A stretch of DNA of 64,000 bases from Fistulifera solaris (taxonomy: Eukaryota): assembly GCA_030295235.1 (NCBI GenBank), contig AP026130.1, positions 558,001-622,000 of the forward strand. The letters run 5' to 3'. A program made the position numbers and the translations under genes. Below, piece after piece: positions 12,932 through 25,973 of this stretch (position 1 is the stretch's first letter; every line of letters begins with the position of its first letter). Under the pieces are notes generated by a model. That model worked only from the letters and a program-made list of their open reading frames with translations. It did no database searches and was not told where the DNA came from.

Positions 12932-13819
12932 TCTGTGACCCAAAGTTCTTCGGTTAAAGTCGATATATTCTATAATATTTACTGTTTACAACGAGTTTGA
13001 CTTTTTTAGATTAACGAAGAAGAGGCTTGTTTGACTTAATATCATCCGTTTAGGCTAAGGTGGTCTCTTGGCTCTTTAGCTTTAGAGGGACACAGGGCAT
13101 CAGTCCCGAATTCAACGTAAAAGGTTGTTGTCGTAGTCTATTCTTTTTTATACTATTTGAGAATATACGCGAATACCGGTGCATATGTCAATACCGTTTT
13201 GAAGCGATCGCTGAACGTGGAGTTTCGCAATGACCGCGGTTGTAGATCGTGTTTCTCTTTCGTCGGTATTCGCATACGTAGTACATTCAGCTTTATACTC
13301 GCGTCCCAATCATGTGTCACACATAAAGAGTCTTAGTTTTATTTAAAGCTGAGGAATTTTCGCAGGGCTGCCACGCGTGATTTTGTCAACAATTTAGGGA
13401 ATTCGCTACTATCTCTATCTAAGTATCGTTCACAAATTTATCGAACGGCATTCTGGTTTAACGGTTCCACGATAATCGTCTATGTAAAAATGGTGATCGG
13501 CGCTCGCCACCTTTTTCCCTTTGCTCGAGCTGGAAACGAACTGAACGAAACAACCAAGAGTTTTCTCCGGCTCACAGTCCCTTCCGAGTCATCGTGTCTT
13601 GTCCATGGTGGCGGTCTATTTCCACGCTGAGCATCCACGTTCACTGTTTCTCTCCATTATTTTTTAGTTAAGCACGTAAAGGCAAAATCGGTTGAGAGTG
13701 TCTTGTAGCGTCGAGAGGGTGCGAGTCGATCTATCTTCATTGCTTTTTGAAAGTTTGAAGGTATCCCTATAAATCTCCAAATTCAACCATCGGTGTTTCT
13801 CTTATAAAGTCAGGTTATA

Positions 13820-15719
13820 ATGAATATCAACATGAGATCACGAATGACGCGTATTCTCCGTGGCAAGTCTCGTTTCCGCAAACCCGATCCGGAAGATGAT
13901 CTTACCGTCGAAACAGACATGCTGGAAGCGGAAGTCTCGTCTACCAGCTCCGGAACAGGGAGCCAGTTTGACGATGATGCCACCGCTTATGGCTCCTCCG
14001 GAGATCCATATGCGGATGTTCGTGACCGTATGGAAACACTAGCCGCTAGTGATAAGGCTCAATTCGCCCTGCGCTCAAGCGACAGTGAGCATTTGCACAC
14101 CGAACCACAAATCCCTCTCTTTATTGCGTACACGGTATACATGTCTTATGCCGTTCTGATCATTATTGGCCATATAAGGGATTTTCTGGCGTTGGTGTTC
14201 AAGAACGGTCGCTATATTCGCAAGGAAACGGGATTTCCGAGTGATGAGCGTGATTCTTTCGCACCTCTGTTGAAGAGCTGGGAGCATTTTTACACAAGGC
14301 GCTTGTACACGCGTGTGCAAGATTGCTTTAACCGGCCCATTGCCTCCAATCCGGGAGCTCATATTGATGTCGTCGAGCGTTGCAGTTACGATCAACAGAA
14401 ATCGATGAAGGTTCTGGGATCGCTTGATAACTTAGAGAACGATGCGCAGCGTCAGGAGTACAGACAGGGAGAATACTTTGTGGAATCGGAGAACGGATCC
14501 GCCGTCCGCAGGTGCGTGAACTTAGGCAGTTACAATTACCTTGGATTTGCTGATGATTGGCAGGTCAGTTGCGCGAAAGAGGTAAAGGCGTCTCTAGATA
14601 ATCTCGCTGTCTCTACTTCCTCTTGTCGCAACGAATACGGCACCAGCAGCATCCACCGACAGGTAGAGAAGACTGTTGCAAGATTTCTGGGCAAAGAAGA
14701 TGCGCTCGTACTGAACATGGGATTCAATACCAACGCAACCACCATCCCTGCTTTAGTAGGACGGGGCGACTTGATCATTAGTGACGAGCTGAATCACACT
14801 AGTATCGTCAATGGTGCTCGTGCTTCCGGCGCCGCTATTCGTATTTTCCGACACAACGATACCAGCAACCTAGAAGTGATCTTACGCGATGCTATCATCA
14901 AGGGCCGCCCGCGAACACGTCGACCTTGGAACAAGATTTTAGTGGTTGTGGAAGGTATCTACTCAATGGAAGGAGAGTATTGCGACCTGCGAAATGTTGT
15001 TCGGGTATGCAAGAAGTATGGTGCTTATGTCTATCTCGATGAAGCTCACTCGATCGGTGCCATGGGGCCCACCGGTAGAGGTTGCGCTGAGTACACTGGT
15101 GTCGACACGGCAGATATTGATATCGTGATGGGCACCTTTACTAAGAGCTTCGGTGGTATGGGCGGGTACATTGCAGCTTCAAAAGAGACAATTGCTTTCC
15201 TTCGTCAGCGATGTGCTGGAAGCGTGTACCACAACTCGCTGAGTCCTGTTGTCTGTCAGCAAGTGCTGACTTCGTTCAAGGTGAGTGACCGGTGAATTTT
15301 ACGGTGAACTTGCTATTGCAATATACCCTTGTCTAACCGCCGGTTATCTTCAGGTCATCATGGGCGAAGACGGAACAACCATCGGAAAGCAAAAGCTTCA
15401 AGCATTGCGAGATAACTCAAATTACTGCCGTATGCGTCTCCAAGAAATGGGTTTGCAAGTGCTTGGTCATTACGACTCGCCCATCATGCCGGTGATGTTG
15501 TACAACCCATGCAAGATCTCTGCCTTTTCCAGAGAATGCTTGAAGCGTGGAGTGGCAGTTGTAGTGGTTGGATTCCCAGCGGTTCCAATTCTGATGTCAA
15601 GGGCGCGTTTCTGCATCTCTGCAGGACACACTCGTGAAGATCTTGATAGGGCACTCAAGGAAATTGACGAGATCGCGGATATCTGCAATTTAAGATATGC
15701 TCGCTCTATGTTCGGCTAA
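13820..15719 (+). CDS. LCB2: Serine palmitoyltransferase catalytic subunit (LCB2/SPT2)
   Basis: Motifs: FYTRRLYTRVQDCFNRPI, NLGSYNYLGF, SDELNHTSI, VEGIYSMEG, DEAHSIGAMG, PLP-lysine motif GTFTKSFG, RARFCISAGHT. Intron 15281-15353. Confidence 0.95.
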
Positions 15720-16237
15720 TCTGCAAAGTCGATATTCTACTGCTTTTGCAACCGAAAAGCAGTTGTTGAGAAAAAGGGTGACAGGCTATTTGTTAATTGT
15801 GAAATTGTGAACTAAATAGAAGTATTTCATACGCCATCGCCGCGCGGATCGTGCAAGAATGAACCCGCTTGAAGCATCGGCACTGGTACATAACACACAA
15901 CGAGGTTTAAATCGCTTTATATGACATGCCTTTACTCCGTAGTCAAGCTCTTTCTCTTATAATCGCTTCCGGTTTTCAATAGAGGTCTCTCCATAATTCG
16001 CAGTTCGCATCGTTAATTTGTCGATCGGTCGATGGCAAGACGAAGGTGCATCACTCTCCAAAAGAATTCGGACTGTAGCTCTTGGTGTACGGATCTTTCC
16101 CGGACCTCAACCAAAATTTGGATCGAAGAATTTTGAGCCGGCGGGCTATTGACAACTATTGTTCTGTGCAAGTCCTCTGCTGATTCAAACGCCAAGGAGA
16201 GTACATTCTTGTAAGTAACGCACCAATTAAAGACAGA

Positions 16238-17089
16238 ATGATTCATCCACGCGATAAAATGGAGCCGGAAATGGGAGAAACGACGACGAAGAAGAGAGTT
16301 GACAATAGTGCGGATGAGTTGGGTTCTACGACTACGACCGATTCCTCGAGCTTCTCCGGCGAAGAGAATTTTTTCGAAGCGCTGGGGTCCGACTTTCGTC
16401 TCCTTGCTGCCTCCTTTCGTGAGACGGCGGGAGGAGTCGCCAGTTTCGTGCAGCGTTCCGCTATGACAGTTGCGGCGGAATTGTCGCGCTTGGAAGAGAG
16501 TGAGCTGACTGGAGAATGTGAGTCTGGCGAAATCATCCCGCTCAATTTGCCGTGGGTCATTAAAGTCGACGAGGACAGCGACGATCAAGAAATTCTGGTT
16601 TTGAAAGAACGAATTATGGCGTTGAGTCGAGAAGACAGCACGTTTCTTCGATCGCACGCGACTTCTGATTCACCTCCTTTTAGCCTGGACGAGCCGAGGA
16701 TTCAACTGATCCGGCGTCTTTTGGAGCTCGACGAAAACTTAGCGACGTCGCATGCTAGATTATCGGGTAGAGTGGACGTAAAAGAGACTGAGTTTTGGAA
16801 AAATTACTTTGATCGGTGCCGACAAGAAGTAGAGAACTATCTGAGTCAACAAGACAAGACGAATGACCTACAATATCAAGCCAAAATCGATGCACCGATC
16901 CAACAATTTGAAGGAAACGATGTAGATTGTAGTATTGCCTCGGGCTCCCCCAATTCCCTCGTGAGAGCCGATACACCTCCTGAACCGGATGTCGATTTTG
17001 TCTTGGCGAGTCCTCCGATGAGTGGGAGCTCCATCGGCGGAAAGAGTGTGGATAGCTTTGTTATCATTGACAAGTTCTCGCAGAGGTAA
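16238..17089 (+). CDS. BSD-domain protein
   Basis: LLELDENLATSHARLSG-x3-VKETEFWKNYF fits the BSD domain FWxxYF signature, preceded by LPW and FLR motifs. The start may be 16259. Confidence 0.7.
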   Translation: MIHPRDKMEPEMGETTTKKRVDNSADELGSTTTTDSSSFSGEENFFEALGSDFRLLAASFRETAGGVASFVQRSAMTVAAELSRLEESELTGECESGEIIPLNLPWVIKVDEDSDDQEILVLKERIMALSREDSTFLRSHATSDSPPFSLDEPRIQLIRRLLELDENLATSHARLSGRVDVKETEFWKNYFDRCRQEVENYLSQQDKTNDLQYQAKIDAPIQQFEGNDVDCSIASGSPNSLVRADTPPEPDVDFVLASPPMSGSSIGGKSVDSFVIIDKFSQR

Positions 17090-17424
17090 AACATTATTCC
17101 ACGGTATGTTAACAGCTATCACATCGTTTCTTTTTTTGCCGAGTAGAAATTCCCATGTTAAGTTACGGAAAGTATTGCAACCCGAGGCACCTTCTAGCAT
17201 TTTATTTATATTAGAACTCGTCGATAAGTTTCTCTTTAGGACGGAGATGGATTTTTGGCCGGTGTAGATGGAAGTACAAGCAGTGAAAAGGCGTTCCTAT
17301 CAATGTTTGCGTCTCATCTTACTTCCTTTTATTGAGATAATACAGATTCTTTAGAGCGCTAATTAACCTCGGTTATTTTCGTGCACATTATCACGACAAG
17401 ACCTGACGGATGAGCCACAACTCA

Positions 17425-19007
17425 CTAAGTCAGACTCATCAGCTCTCGCATCAGTACTTCGTCTTCTTTCTTCACGAAACGCCCTTTCACACGAAGTCTA
17501 CTATTGGCGAAGTTCTTTCTAACATCGTATTTGACAGTTTTGGCCCAGACACGGTGATTGCGCTTTTGCATGAAACGATCAATTCGTACTCGCCTACTAT
17601 CCGGAGAGTAGGCTCCAACCCAACCTTCGGGTCGCTCGACTTGTTGCAGCCCATCGGCATCATACGATGTCCGAATGTTGGGATCGCTGAAAGATCGTGG
17701 TCGTCCTGATCCTGGGACGTGTTCCACTTTTTCGGCTTCCTCGGTTTCTTTCTTCTCGCGTCCCTTCTTTTCTTTACGTTCCAATTTGGCTTTCTCTTTC
17801 TGTTCTTTTTTAGCCTCTTTTCAATCCTCTTCCGTTCAGCTTCTAATAAACTGGCACCGATACCGCTGCTAGTGGCTTCGTCCTGTTGAGGAACGACCGG
17901 TTTCTTAGAAATGAAATTGCGTCGGTCCATCCACTTTCCATATTGATTATCTTGAGACGTGGGTTGAGATGTGTTGTTACTCGAAGTTTTTGGGTCGTTC
18001 AAAAGGGCGGAGAAAAGAGAATTAGACCGTATTCGCTGCTCATATTCGGACATATTGCTTGCTTCACCGGGCGAATTAGCGACGGACGCATGTTTGGAGT
18101 CATACTCTTGGAACTGCATAAAGTCGGACTGATCTGACATCAGATCCCCGGCAAATTCCAAGTCTCCAATGCCATCATAGCTAGGGGTTACCATCCCCAT
18201 GTTGGATTTCCTTGCAGTGTCCTGTTGTATGCCCCCACTTTCCTCTGATGCTGGAAACGCAATGTTGGCGACTGTAGAAAGAGTCGGGGATGACCTCGTT
18301 GTGTCGATATTCGAAGTCATGTCCGCACCGATGCCATCGCTCATTGTTAAGAAGTCAAAATCAAGATCTCCAAGTAGGTCAATATCATTCGGCAAACGGT
18401 TTTGTAAAGCTCCGCTTTGAATCATTTCCTCCAACTTCGATGGGTCGCCAGCTTCGTAAAAATCTATAGCACTCTGAAGTTCTTCATCTCCAATAATGAT
18501 AAGATCTTGCAATATACCTTTAGTATTTCTGTCAAGTAATCCCTTCCGCTCCAGATATTCGGATGCAGATCGTAAACGGCCCGAAACACTTCCCGCTCTC
18601 GCTCGCTTTCCGAAGTGAGATACTTCGTACGAAGACGCCATATTGGGAGGTGTGTGTGATAGCGGTAACTGGGGATTTAACATACTGCTGAGAAAAGCGG
18701 AACCGGAACTTCCCTGTGAACTCGGCAAGGATTGCGGTTGAAAAGGATGCGATTGCTGCGGAATTGCTTCTTGCGGAATACGAATAGGCTTTCCCTTCAT
18801 TGATGCGAACGATGTAGATTCCATATGCACGGCAACATCTCGTTTATCCTCTTCGTTTCCCCGGACTAACGCATCGCCGTCCCCCGCATCTTCCGAGTGG
18901 TTTGAATCTAAAAGAAAGTCAATATCCACCGACTGCGCACCACCCTCCACGTCAATATTTCCTCCGCCCTCATCTTCGCTTATCTGCTTGGCGTTCCTTG
19001 CGCTCAT
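17425..19007 (-). CDS. CCT-motif (CONSTANS/TOC1-type) protein
   Basis: C-terminal RRVRIDRFMQKRNHRVWAKTVKYDVRKNFANSRLRVKGRFVK, joined to the 506-aa ORF through a frameshift in a T run at about 17818-17821. Confidence 0.85.
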
Positions 19008-20010
19008 TGTAGCATGTACTTTTGCTAGAAGCTAGAAAATCCAATTATTGGTTTGTTTAGAGGCTACTTGTGTTTTGTTTATTGTGTCAGCGTGATGATG
19101 GGGCAAAATCACGAACAGCCGAATTCAGAAGATTTTCTATCGCGAGTATAGCTCTTTGAGTAGATCACCATCGTGAGGATTATGTGACGAGAAGCTTACA
19201 TTTTTGAGTCCACGTACGCAAGACTCGCGAAGCGATCCTTGCGACGACGACTCGTATCGGTAGTCTACTATGACATGAAATGTATGCGACCTTTTCTCCG
19301 ACTCCTTTAGATCTCAGTCCCGTCTAGAGTAATCTGCAAAAGGATCGCAGGCGAGGGCACATTGTAGGCGTATAACATGGTGGGTAAAAATCATAATGAC
19401 AATGAAGGCATTTATTTGTTGTCCTAGTTGATGATTCTGTAAGGATGTAAGCTAGTTTCAAGAGCGTCTCTTATCTCTCCGCCTCAATTGGTTTCAATCT
19501 CGACAAGTGTTGGCGGGTTTACAGCATCTCTTTTCACGTAGTTATGCAATTACCCAGATAGTCCGTGAAAATATATTTTCTGCTCAACGCATTGTTGCTG
19601 AGCATTAAATCATTGCGATGAAATGGCAAGTCCAGCGTGTGTATTGAGATAGCTTTTGCTATTGATTTACGAGGACGAGGGACGGCTGGGTGTCTAGCTA
19701 AAAGCAAAAAAAAGAATTGTCTTTGTTGGCTTTCATTATTGGTTTAATACGAGAGCTAGGGTTCATTCTGGTCTGCCTGCAACACTCCGATGATTCACTT
19801 CAAAGCAGACGATCGTACACACGGGGCAACATCCGAGACTCGGCAACCTCTCCATCTTCATCACAGACAGTAAAGACCCTTGGGAGATTGAGAATTCTTT
19901 TTTTACTACTCGTCACATTCTCCAAGCTAACGTTTCTCTCTCTCGAAGAAAGCAAAGGTGCACGACAAAAGATCGTCATCCTTTTCCAGCGCACAAGATT
20001 ACAGGTCGCA

Positions 20011-20400
20011 TCAACGCGAAGGAGCACTCGCGCGGCTCATGGTGCCGATCCCCATGCACTTATCCAAATGTGGAGCGAATCGAAGAGTGTTGACCAGTCG
20101 CTTGCAAAGGGGACAGTCGATCATCGTCTCGGGTTCTTTGTTTGGCAAACGACCCCATATATCCACTTGCGTCTGTTGTCGCGTCATAATGCCGTCACTC
20201 TCGGTCGTGGGTTCTGTGACTTCCGTAGAATCGATATTGTATTGGATAGGGGTGTCACGCTTGACATATTCGACTCCATTGGCAACTAAATCGTCTTTGA
20301 GTTCGTCCACTGATTTGTACAAGCCAGGATACAATGCCATTCGTTCAAGAAGAATAGATTCTTCGACTGATACACTGCTCTTCTTGTCTTCTTCAATCAT
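20011..20400 (-). CDS. SGF11: SAGA deubiquitination module subunit Sgf11/ATXN7L3-like
   Basis: DIWG followed by the zinc finger CPLCKRLVNTLRFAPHLDKCMGIG. Confidence 0.8.
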   Translation of the reverse strand: MIEEDKKSSVSVEESILLERMALYPGLYKSVDELKDDLVANGVEYVKRDTPIQYNIDSTEVTEPTTESDGIMTRQQTQVDIWGRLPNKEPETMIDCPLCKRLVNTLRFAPHLDKCMGIGTMSRASAPSR

Positions 20401-20818
20401 TTTGTATTTATCTTCTTGCTATCTGCCCTGCAAAGCTGTACTTTCATGCTCGTTCGAAACAATGGCATCGTTCGAGGTGCGATGCACTATGCATAACAAA
20501 ACACTCGTTGGTTTGCCAAAAATTGCTTGACATCGTAACGGTACTTGAGTAAGTTGTACATTGTACATACCATTTCAATACCGGTGCGTGGTAATTGAAA
20601 AGTGAATCTCTTGTATAATGTAGCATGATAGCATGTACGGTACCACAATAATTTATATACAATCCGTCATGGGCACCGGCGGGTTTTTGAGTGCGCGGCG
20701 GGGAAAATGCTTTGACGTGCAAAATGAAAAACACATCATCTTCTTTCGTATCATGTGATTCTGATCAATGAGTGTAAATCTTTTCAATTGAAAGACGCTG
20801 TTTAAAACTTTATACACA

Positions 20819-22941
20819 ATGAATTCGCTTCGTGGCAGTCCAGACGTTGTGGATTTGACGGCGGATTACGGGATCGCGAATAATGCGGGTCGAACACAGT
20901 TCGCCCTCCGACAGGCTTTTGAAAGGAACGAAGTGATCGCCATAGACGACGAACCAAGACGAGAACCGACTCAGCGGTTCACAATGAAAGCGAAAAAACG
21001 AAAGCGACCGGCGGAGCCACACGGTCGATACGATGTCGTCGCACTTCCACAGCCCCTTCATCCGCCATCGGAGGTTGTTGACCTCAGTGGGGGAATGGCT
21101 TATTTGCCTCCCGCGGCTGCTTCGATCCCTACATCTGCGAGTGATGATACGTATTTCAACCAGGTTCTCCAAGTTTTCCCTGACGTGGAGCATGCCTACT
21201 TGAGAAAATTACTGACGGAGAACGGTAACAGCGTTGCTGTGGTAGTATCTTTCTTGGCGGATCAGTCCTCGTATCCGAAAGCCGACCATCGAAAACCCCC
21301 TCCTTCCGATGCTCCTCTTGTTGCAGTGGAAGGAAAAAAGTGGACGTATGACTTTATGTCGACGGAGAGCTTCGAGCCGAATGGATATTACCATCAGCAA
21401 GCTCAAGTGCAATTGCTGATTGACTGTAAGTATCATCAGAGACATACGCTTCTTTGCAACGTGACTATCCTCACCGTTGTTCTCTAAGTTCCGTATCTTT
21501 CCAAGGCTGGAGCACTCGCCTTTCTGATGCAGGCAAAACACCACTACGCCGTCGCTCATGACCGCATTCTGCAACTTGTGAAAGGGAAAGGGGGGTTGCA
21601 AGAGCAATATACCCGAATCCAAAGCGGGATGTTTCCACCCACGATCATTGGCAACGGGTTGTCGCCCAAACATGTCATCCGGCGGCCGCGAAAAAAGTCG
21701 GCTATTTACCACACGTCGATCCTAGATGGAGTCCTCGCGGAAGAATGTCAATACGTACAAGGCAAATTGTCCGAGTGGAAGCAGCAAACCGCCAAAGAGT
21801 TGCTTCGCATGAAACAAAAGGAAGTTTGTGATCGGGAAGGCACGGGTGTGGAATGCTTGTGCTGTTGTGACTCGTATCCGATTGAGGACATGGTTCAGTG
21901 CAATGACGAAGGTCATTTGTTTTGTTGTGATTGCTTGAAGCAGCAAACCGAAACTCTCATATTCGGCACGGGGAATCTGGGTGTGGACCGCTCGACCAAG
22001 AAATTAGCGACAGAACTACAATGCTTTCAAGGAGACTGCACGTCCACCTTTTCGAGGAAGTGCTTGGAGAAGGCATTGCCTCACAAGACGATGGTGAAGT
22101 ATGACAAGGTGCAATTTGAAGTATGGTACGTGCGCTCTGTGTAATCGTTTTAGTTTAAAAATCTCCAGCGTATTTACTAATTCCTTCACAAAGTGTTCAG
22201 CAAGCTGGTGTCGAAAATATGGCTGTCTGTCCGAAATGCAATTATCAAGTCGTGTTGTCATCGGCAGATCAGCGTGTCTTCGAATGCCCTGTCACAACCT
22301 GTCGTTACGAATCATGGTAAGCTTTTTTTATGTCAGGGCCGTCGACCTATTCTTGTGTACGATGCGCTAACTCGTACGTCCTGACAATAGCGTTCTCTGT
22401 GGGGAGGCGTCGCATATCCCTTTAAGATGCGAGGAGGTCGAAAAAGAAAAAAAAGAAACCAGTGGCCGCTTGACTGTCGAGGAAGCTATTTCCGCCGCCA
22501 AGATTCGTCACTGTCCGAAGTGTCGTAAACCATTCATAAAAAGCGACGGATGGTGAGTCATACAAAGCCTGCAGTTGTCGCTCCTTTTGTTTGTATCTTA
22601 CTTCTTGCTGTCTCGTTCGTACTTCTATTTCGAAAAGCAACAAAATTGTATGCGGCTGCGGTGCGAAAATTTGTTATGTCTGTAGAAGTTTGATCACTAG
22701 CCCGACTCCTTACACACATTTTTGCCAAACTCCCCACTGCCAACATCAACGGTGCAACTTGTGTCCCTTGTATACAAAGGATGCAGAGGATGATGCACGT
22801 GCGATGCGAGAAGCTGGTTTTCAAGCCGCAGAGCAGATACGAGAGAAATTGAAGCAAGATACAAGCGCTGCAGGGCGCAAGCCTTTGGATGTAAATATTG
22901 ACGTTGATGCTATTCTGAGAAACCCCAATCAGCGCCCATAA
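20819..22941 (+). CDS. RBR-type E3 ubiquitin ligase, RNF216/TRIAD3-like, with CUE-like and SIM-like elements
   Basis: RING1 ECLCCCD...CNDEGHLFCCDC; IBR CPKC...FECP-x3-CRYESC-x2-CGEASHIPLRCEE; RING2 [30 protein letters not shown]; VFPD CUE-like motif; VVDLT SIM-like motif. Introns 21426-21488, 22126-22193, 22317-22390, 22553-22637. Confidence 0.88.
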
Positions 22942-22999
22942 ATAAAAGCGGAACTCTTCAGATATATGCGTAAATGATTGAGATAGTAATGGATAATAT

Positions 23000-25505
23000 T
23001 TACAGCCATGTTTGTTTCTTCAATTTCTTCGCCGCCATTCTATCCACCACAAGCACAGTAACCAACAAAGCAGCGACAACCAGGGATAGTAAGGGACGGT
23101 TAAAACTGTCTGGGAGCAGGTCGAAGCCTCTAGCTGGCGAAGTTCGAGCAAAGAAAATGTCGGGGCCACCGAAAGCCAAAACTAAAGACTGCGACTCCAA
23201 ATCAGTTGGGGCGCTGATTACGGTGTGCACAGACTCGACCGTTTGATTGTAGTTGATCGTCATGTAGGGAACAATAGGGATGAGTTCGGTATACGGACGC
23301 AATCCTTCTTTCTTCTCTGAGTCTTTTAACTGACCCAAAGGCCGTCGTGGGTCTACCAACTTTCTATCCACACCTGTAATTTGCCCATCAACAGTTGCCA
23401 ACAGTAGTCTTCGACTGCTAATTCCACTTCTCGACGTTGTGACCCCGAGAGCAGACACTGGCTTAGCCAAGCTATAAAGCTTCGAAAGGACGACAGGCTT
23501 GGAATCGCGGGCATCAAGACTTGAAAACGTTGACGAATGTTCTGGTGAGGTAAATGCAGTTACTCCCTTACTGCCAATCATCCCCTCGTACTTTTACAAA
23601 GTAAAATGTGAGTGCTATAGATCAAGTACAAGAACAAACGACGAAAAGAGCAGTAAGATAATCTTACCAAGGATAGAACACCAAGCTCAGATCTTCGGGT
23701 TTTGGAGTTTCCGAAGGTATAGTAAATCCAGTTTTCCGAAATGACGGCCTGAGGCTTCGGAAAGCCGGCCGCATTAACGTGACTTATACGGTACAAAACT
23801 TGACCAGATACGGTGTCGACCACATTGATAAACAAATTAGGTTTTGTACTAACCGCACTGACCTCCATGTTATCAGATTCGTCTGTGGCCCCAACTGGTT
23901 TTCGGTTGACCTGAAACATTGCCGACACCATTTCATCATCCTTATAGCTTGAAACCTTCTCAGTGATGAAAACCGCTAAATGCGGATTCAGATATTTCAG
24001 TAAAAGAGAGTCGTCCCCCATGACTGAACAAGGGGATTGCACCGACTCGTGTCGCGGAGGATACGCTAAGCTAATAATCTTTTCTCCGTCAAAAACAGTC
24101 GAACCAATCGTAAGTCGGGTGCTGCCTCGAAGCAACAAGGTCTTAAGGGAGTTTTCCGTATCCACTACGTGTGTATAGAGCCCCGATTCTGGGAAAGTGA
24201 CTTCGTCGCTACTTGGAATAGAGTAGATGCTCTGATCTTGAGTTAAAACGAACGCCCCTTGACGACAATCAGTTGAACTGGTCTCAACTGGGATAATTTG
24301 CGCGACAGGTGATTTCAGCTGGATGGCGCCCTTTGCAAAACCTTGCCCGTGGGCCCATCCCAGCAAATCCACTCGAGTTGTTCGTTGCGAATGTTCGATA
24401 AAGCCAAGTAATCACCGTGATCACCGTGATAGCCGGTCCAAGGACCACCATGGACTAATCGGTGCCAATTTGCTTCAGGTAAGTCAATTTGGTAACGAAT
24501 ATTCCGATCAATCGTATCTAAAGCCCAGATTCGATTCGCCGACGTCGACATAAGGATCGCGATCTTGACAAACCCAAAGAGATGGTTTCGTCGGTCGCTG
24601 CGTTCGGTGGTGAAAATCGAGGTGATGGCGCTCCACTGGGATTGCAATCGATTCGGCAGCGAAATCAAGTCGTGCGATGTACCTTCCCCACCCACATAGT
24701 GGCTCGCATCTACCAAAGAACCCACTGAAATACTTGACAGTGATTCTTCCGCTTGCCAAAGAGTTGTAATTTTCTTCTCTTCAATGGCAATCACCTTCGT
24801 GGAACCGCGTTGTGTGGATATCAATGCCTTTACTGAGGCTGAACATTTCAATAAAGTTACATGAGCAATCGGATCATTCTCGGAGGACGCTTCCCATTCC
24901 ACTGCGAGAGAGTCTTGATTTCCGTTCGCAGAATCCCACACTTTCAAGACGGATCCCTCAAAATTCAGTAAAAGCTTTGCCTCCGCACAGAACGTTGCAG
25001 GTTTCACGTCACTGATTCGTCCAGATATTTCTGGAGCCAGCGCACCTGTTGGCATGTGAAACACAGACTTGCTGTTTCCTCCACAACTAGCTACGACATA
25101 CTCTTCATTCTTTTCAGTGACGACCCCCAAGCGCGGGATGCAATTCGGAGAATGAACGACTGCATCCCATACCAGAAGCCCATTTTCCGCATGCCACGCC
25201 CGCAAAATTCCACCATCATCTAATGTCGCCACGTACTGCACTCCTACCGTCATCGCGTGACCTTTACCGGTGGTAGATGAACAAACATTGTGCCGCCAGA
25301 GTAGCGAGCCGTCACGAATGTTACGGCTGGCCGTGTAACAAGAGTCGGGGTTACTGGTAATGACAGCATCGTGAATCGCGTACGCTACTTGAACAGGTCC
25401 GTGACCTGTTGTGGCGATATGGAAGTCGAGTTGACCGGCCTCTTCTTCAAACAATGCCGAAGAGAAAGGGGCGAACGCCAACAGGAAAGTCCAAAATTTC
25501 ATCAC
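23000..25505 (-). CDS. EMC1: ER membrane protein complex subunit 1
   Basis: Signal peptide then ALFEEEAGQLDFH, PQQ-like repeats, GDDSLLLKYLNPHL, DTVSGQVLY, ENWIYY, LESQSLVLAFGGPDIFFARTSPARGFDLL, C-terminal TM and W. Intron 23591-23667. Frameshift at about 24333. Confidence 0.92.
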
Positions 25506-25973
25506 AAAAATTAAGTGGAGAAATTAGTGTAGCTGCAAGCTTCAGAGAAGTGATGTAAGCAGAAACCCTTCTATGGAGAATCTATCAAGTTAGCAAGGAA
25601 GCGAGCAGGCTCTTTGCTTTTGCTGCACGCAACAACTTGGCAAATGAATGATATCTATCTCTCATCATCGCCATCGTCGTCGTTGACCGTCGTCGCTTTG
25701 TAAAAAATCTCGTCCAGCCGCGAGCGGAGGACAGACGTTAATTGCTCGTGACTCATGACTTGCTCATCCACGAAGCATCGTCTGTGCGTCGTCACAACAC
25801 ATCAAACACACTGGCGCCAAGAAAAAGATACCGGTACCGGAGTAGTCTAGTCTAAACGAAAAATAAATCCGACAAAAATCAAAAATCGCGACATGAGCAT
25901 CCGACTTCTAATCGAACCCCACGAAAAATAGCTTGACGGATCCCCAAAAGTTTGCAATCAAATAGACTAGATA

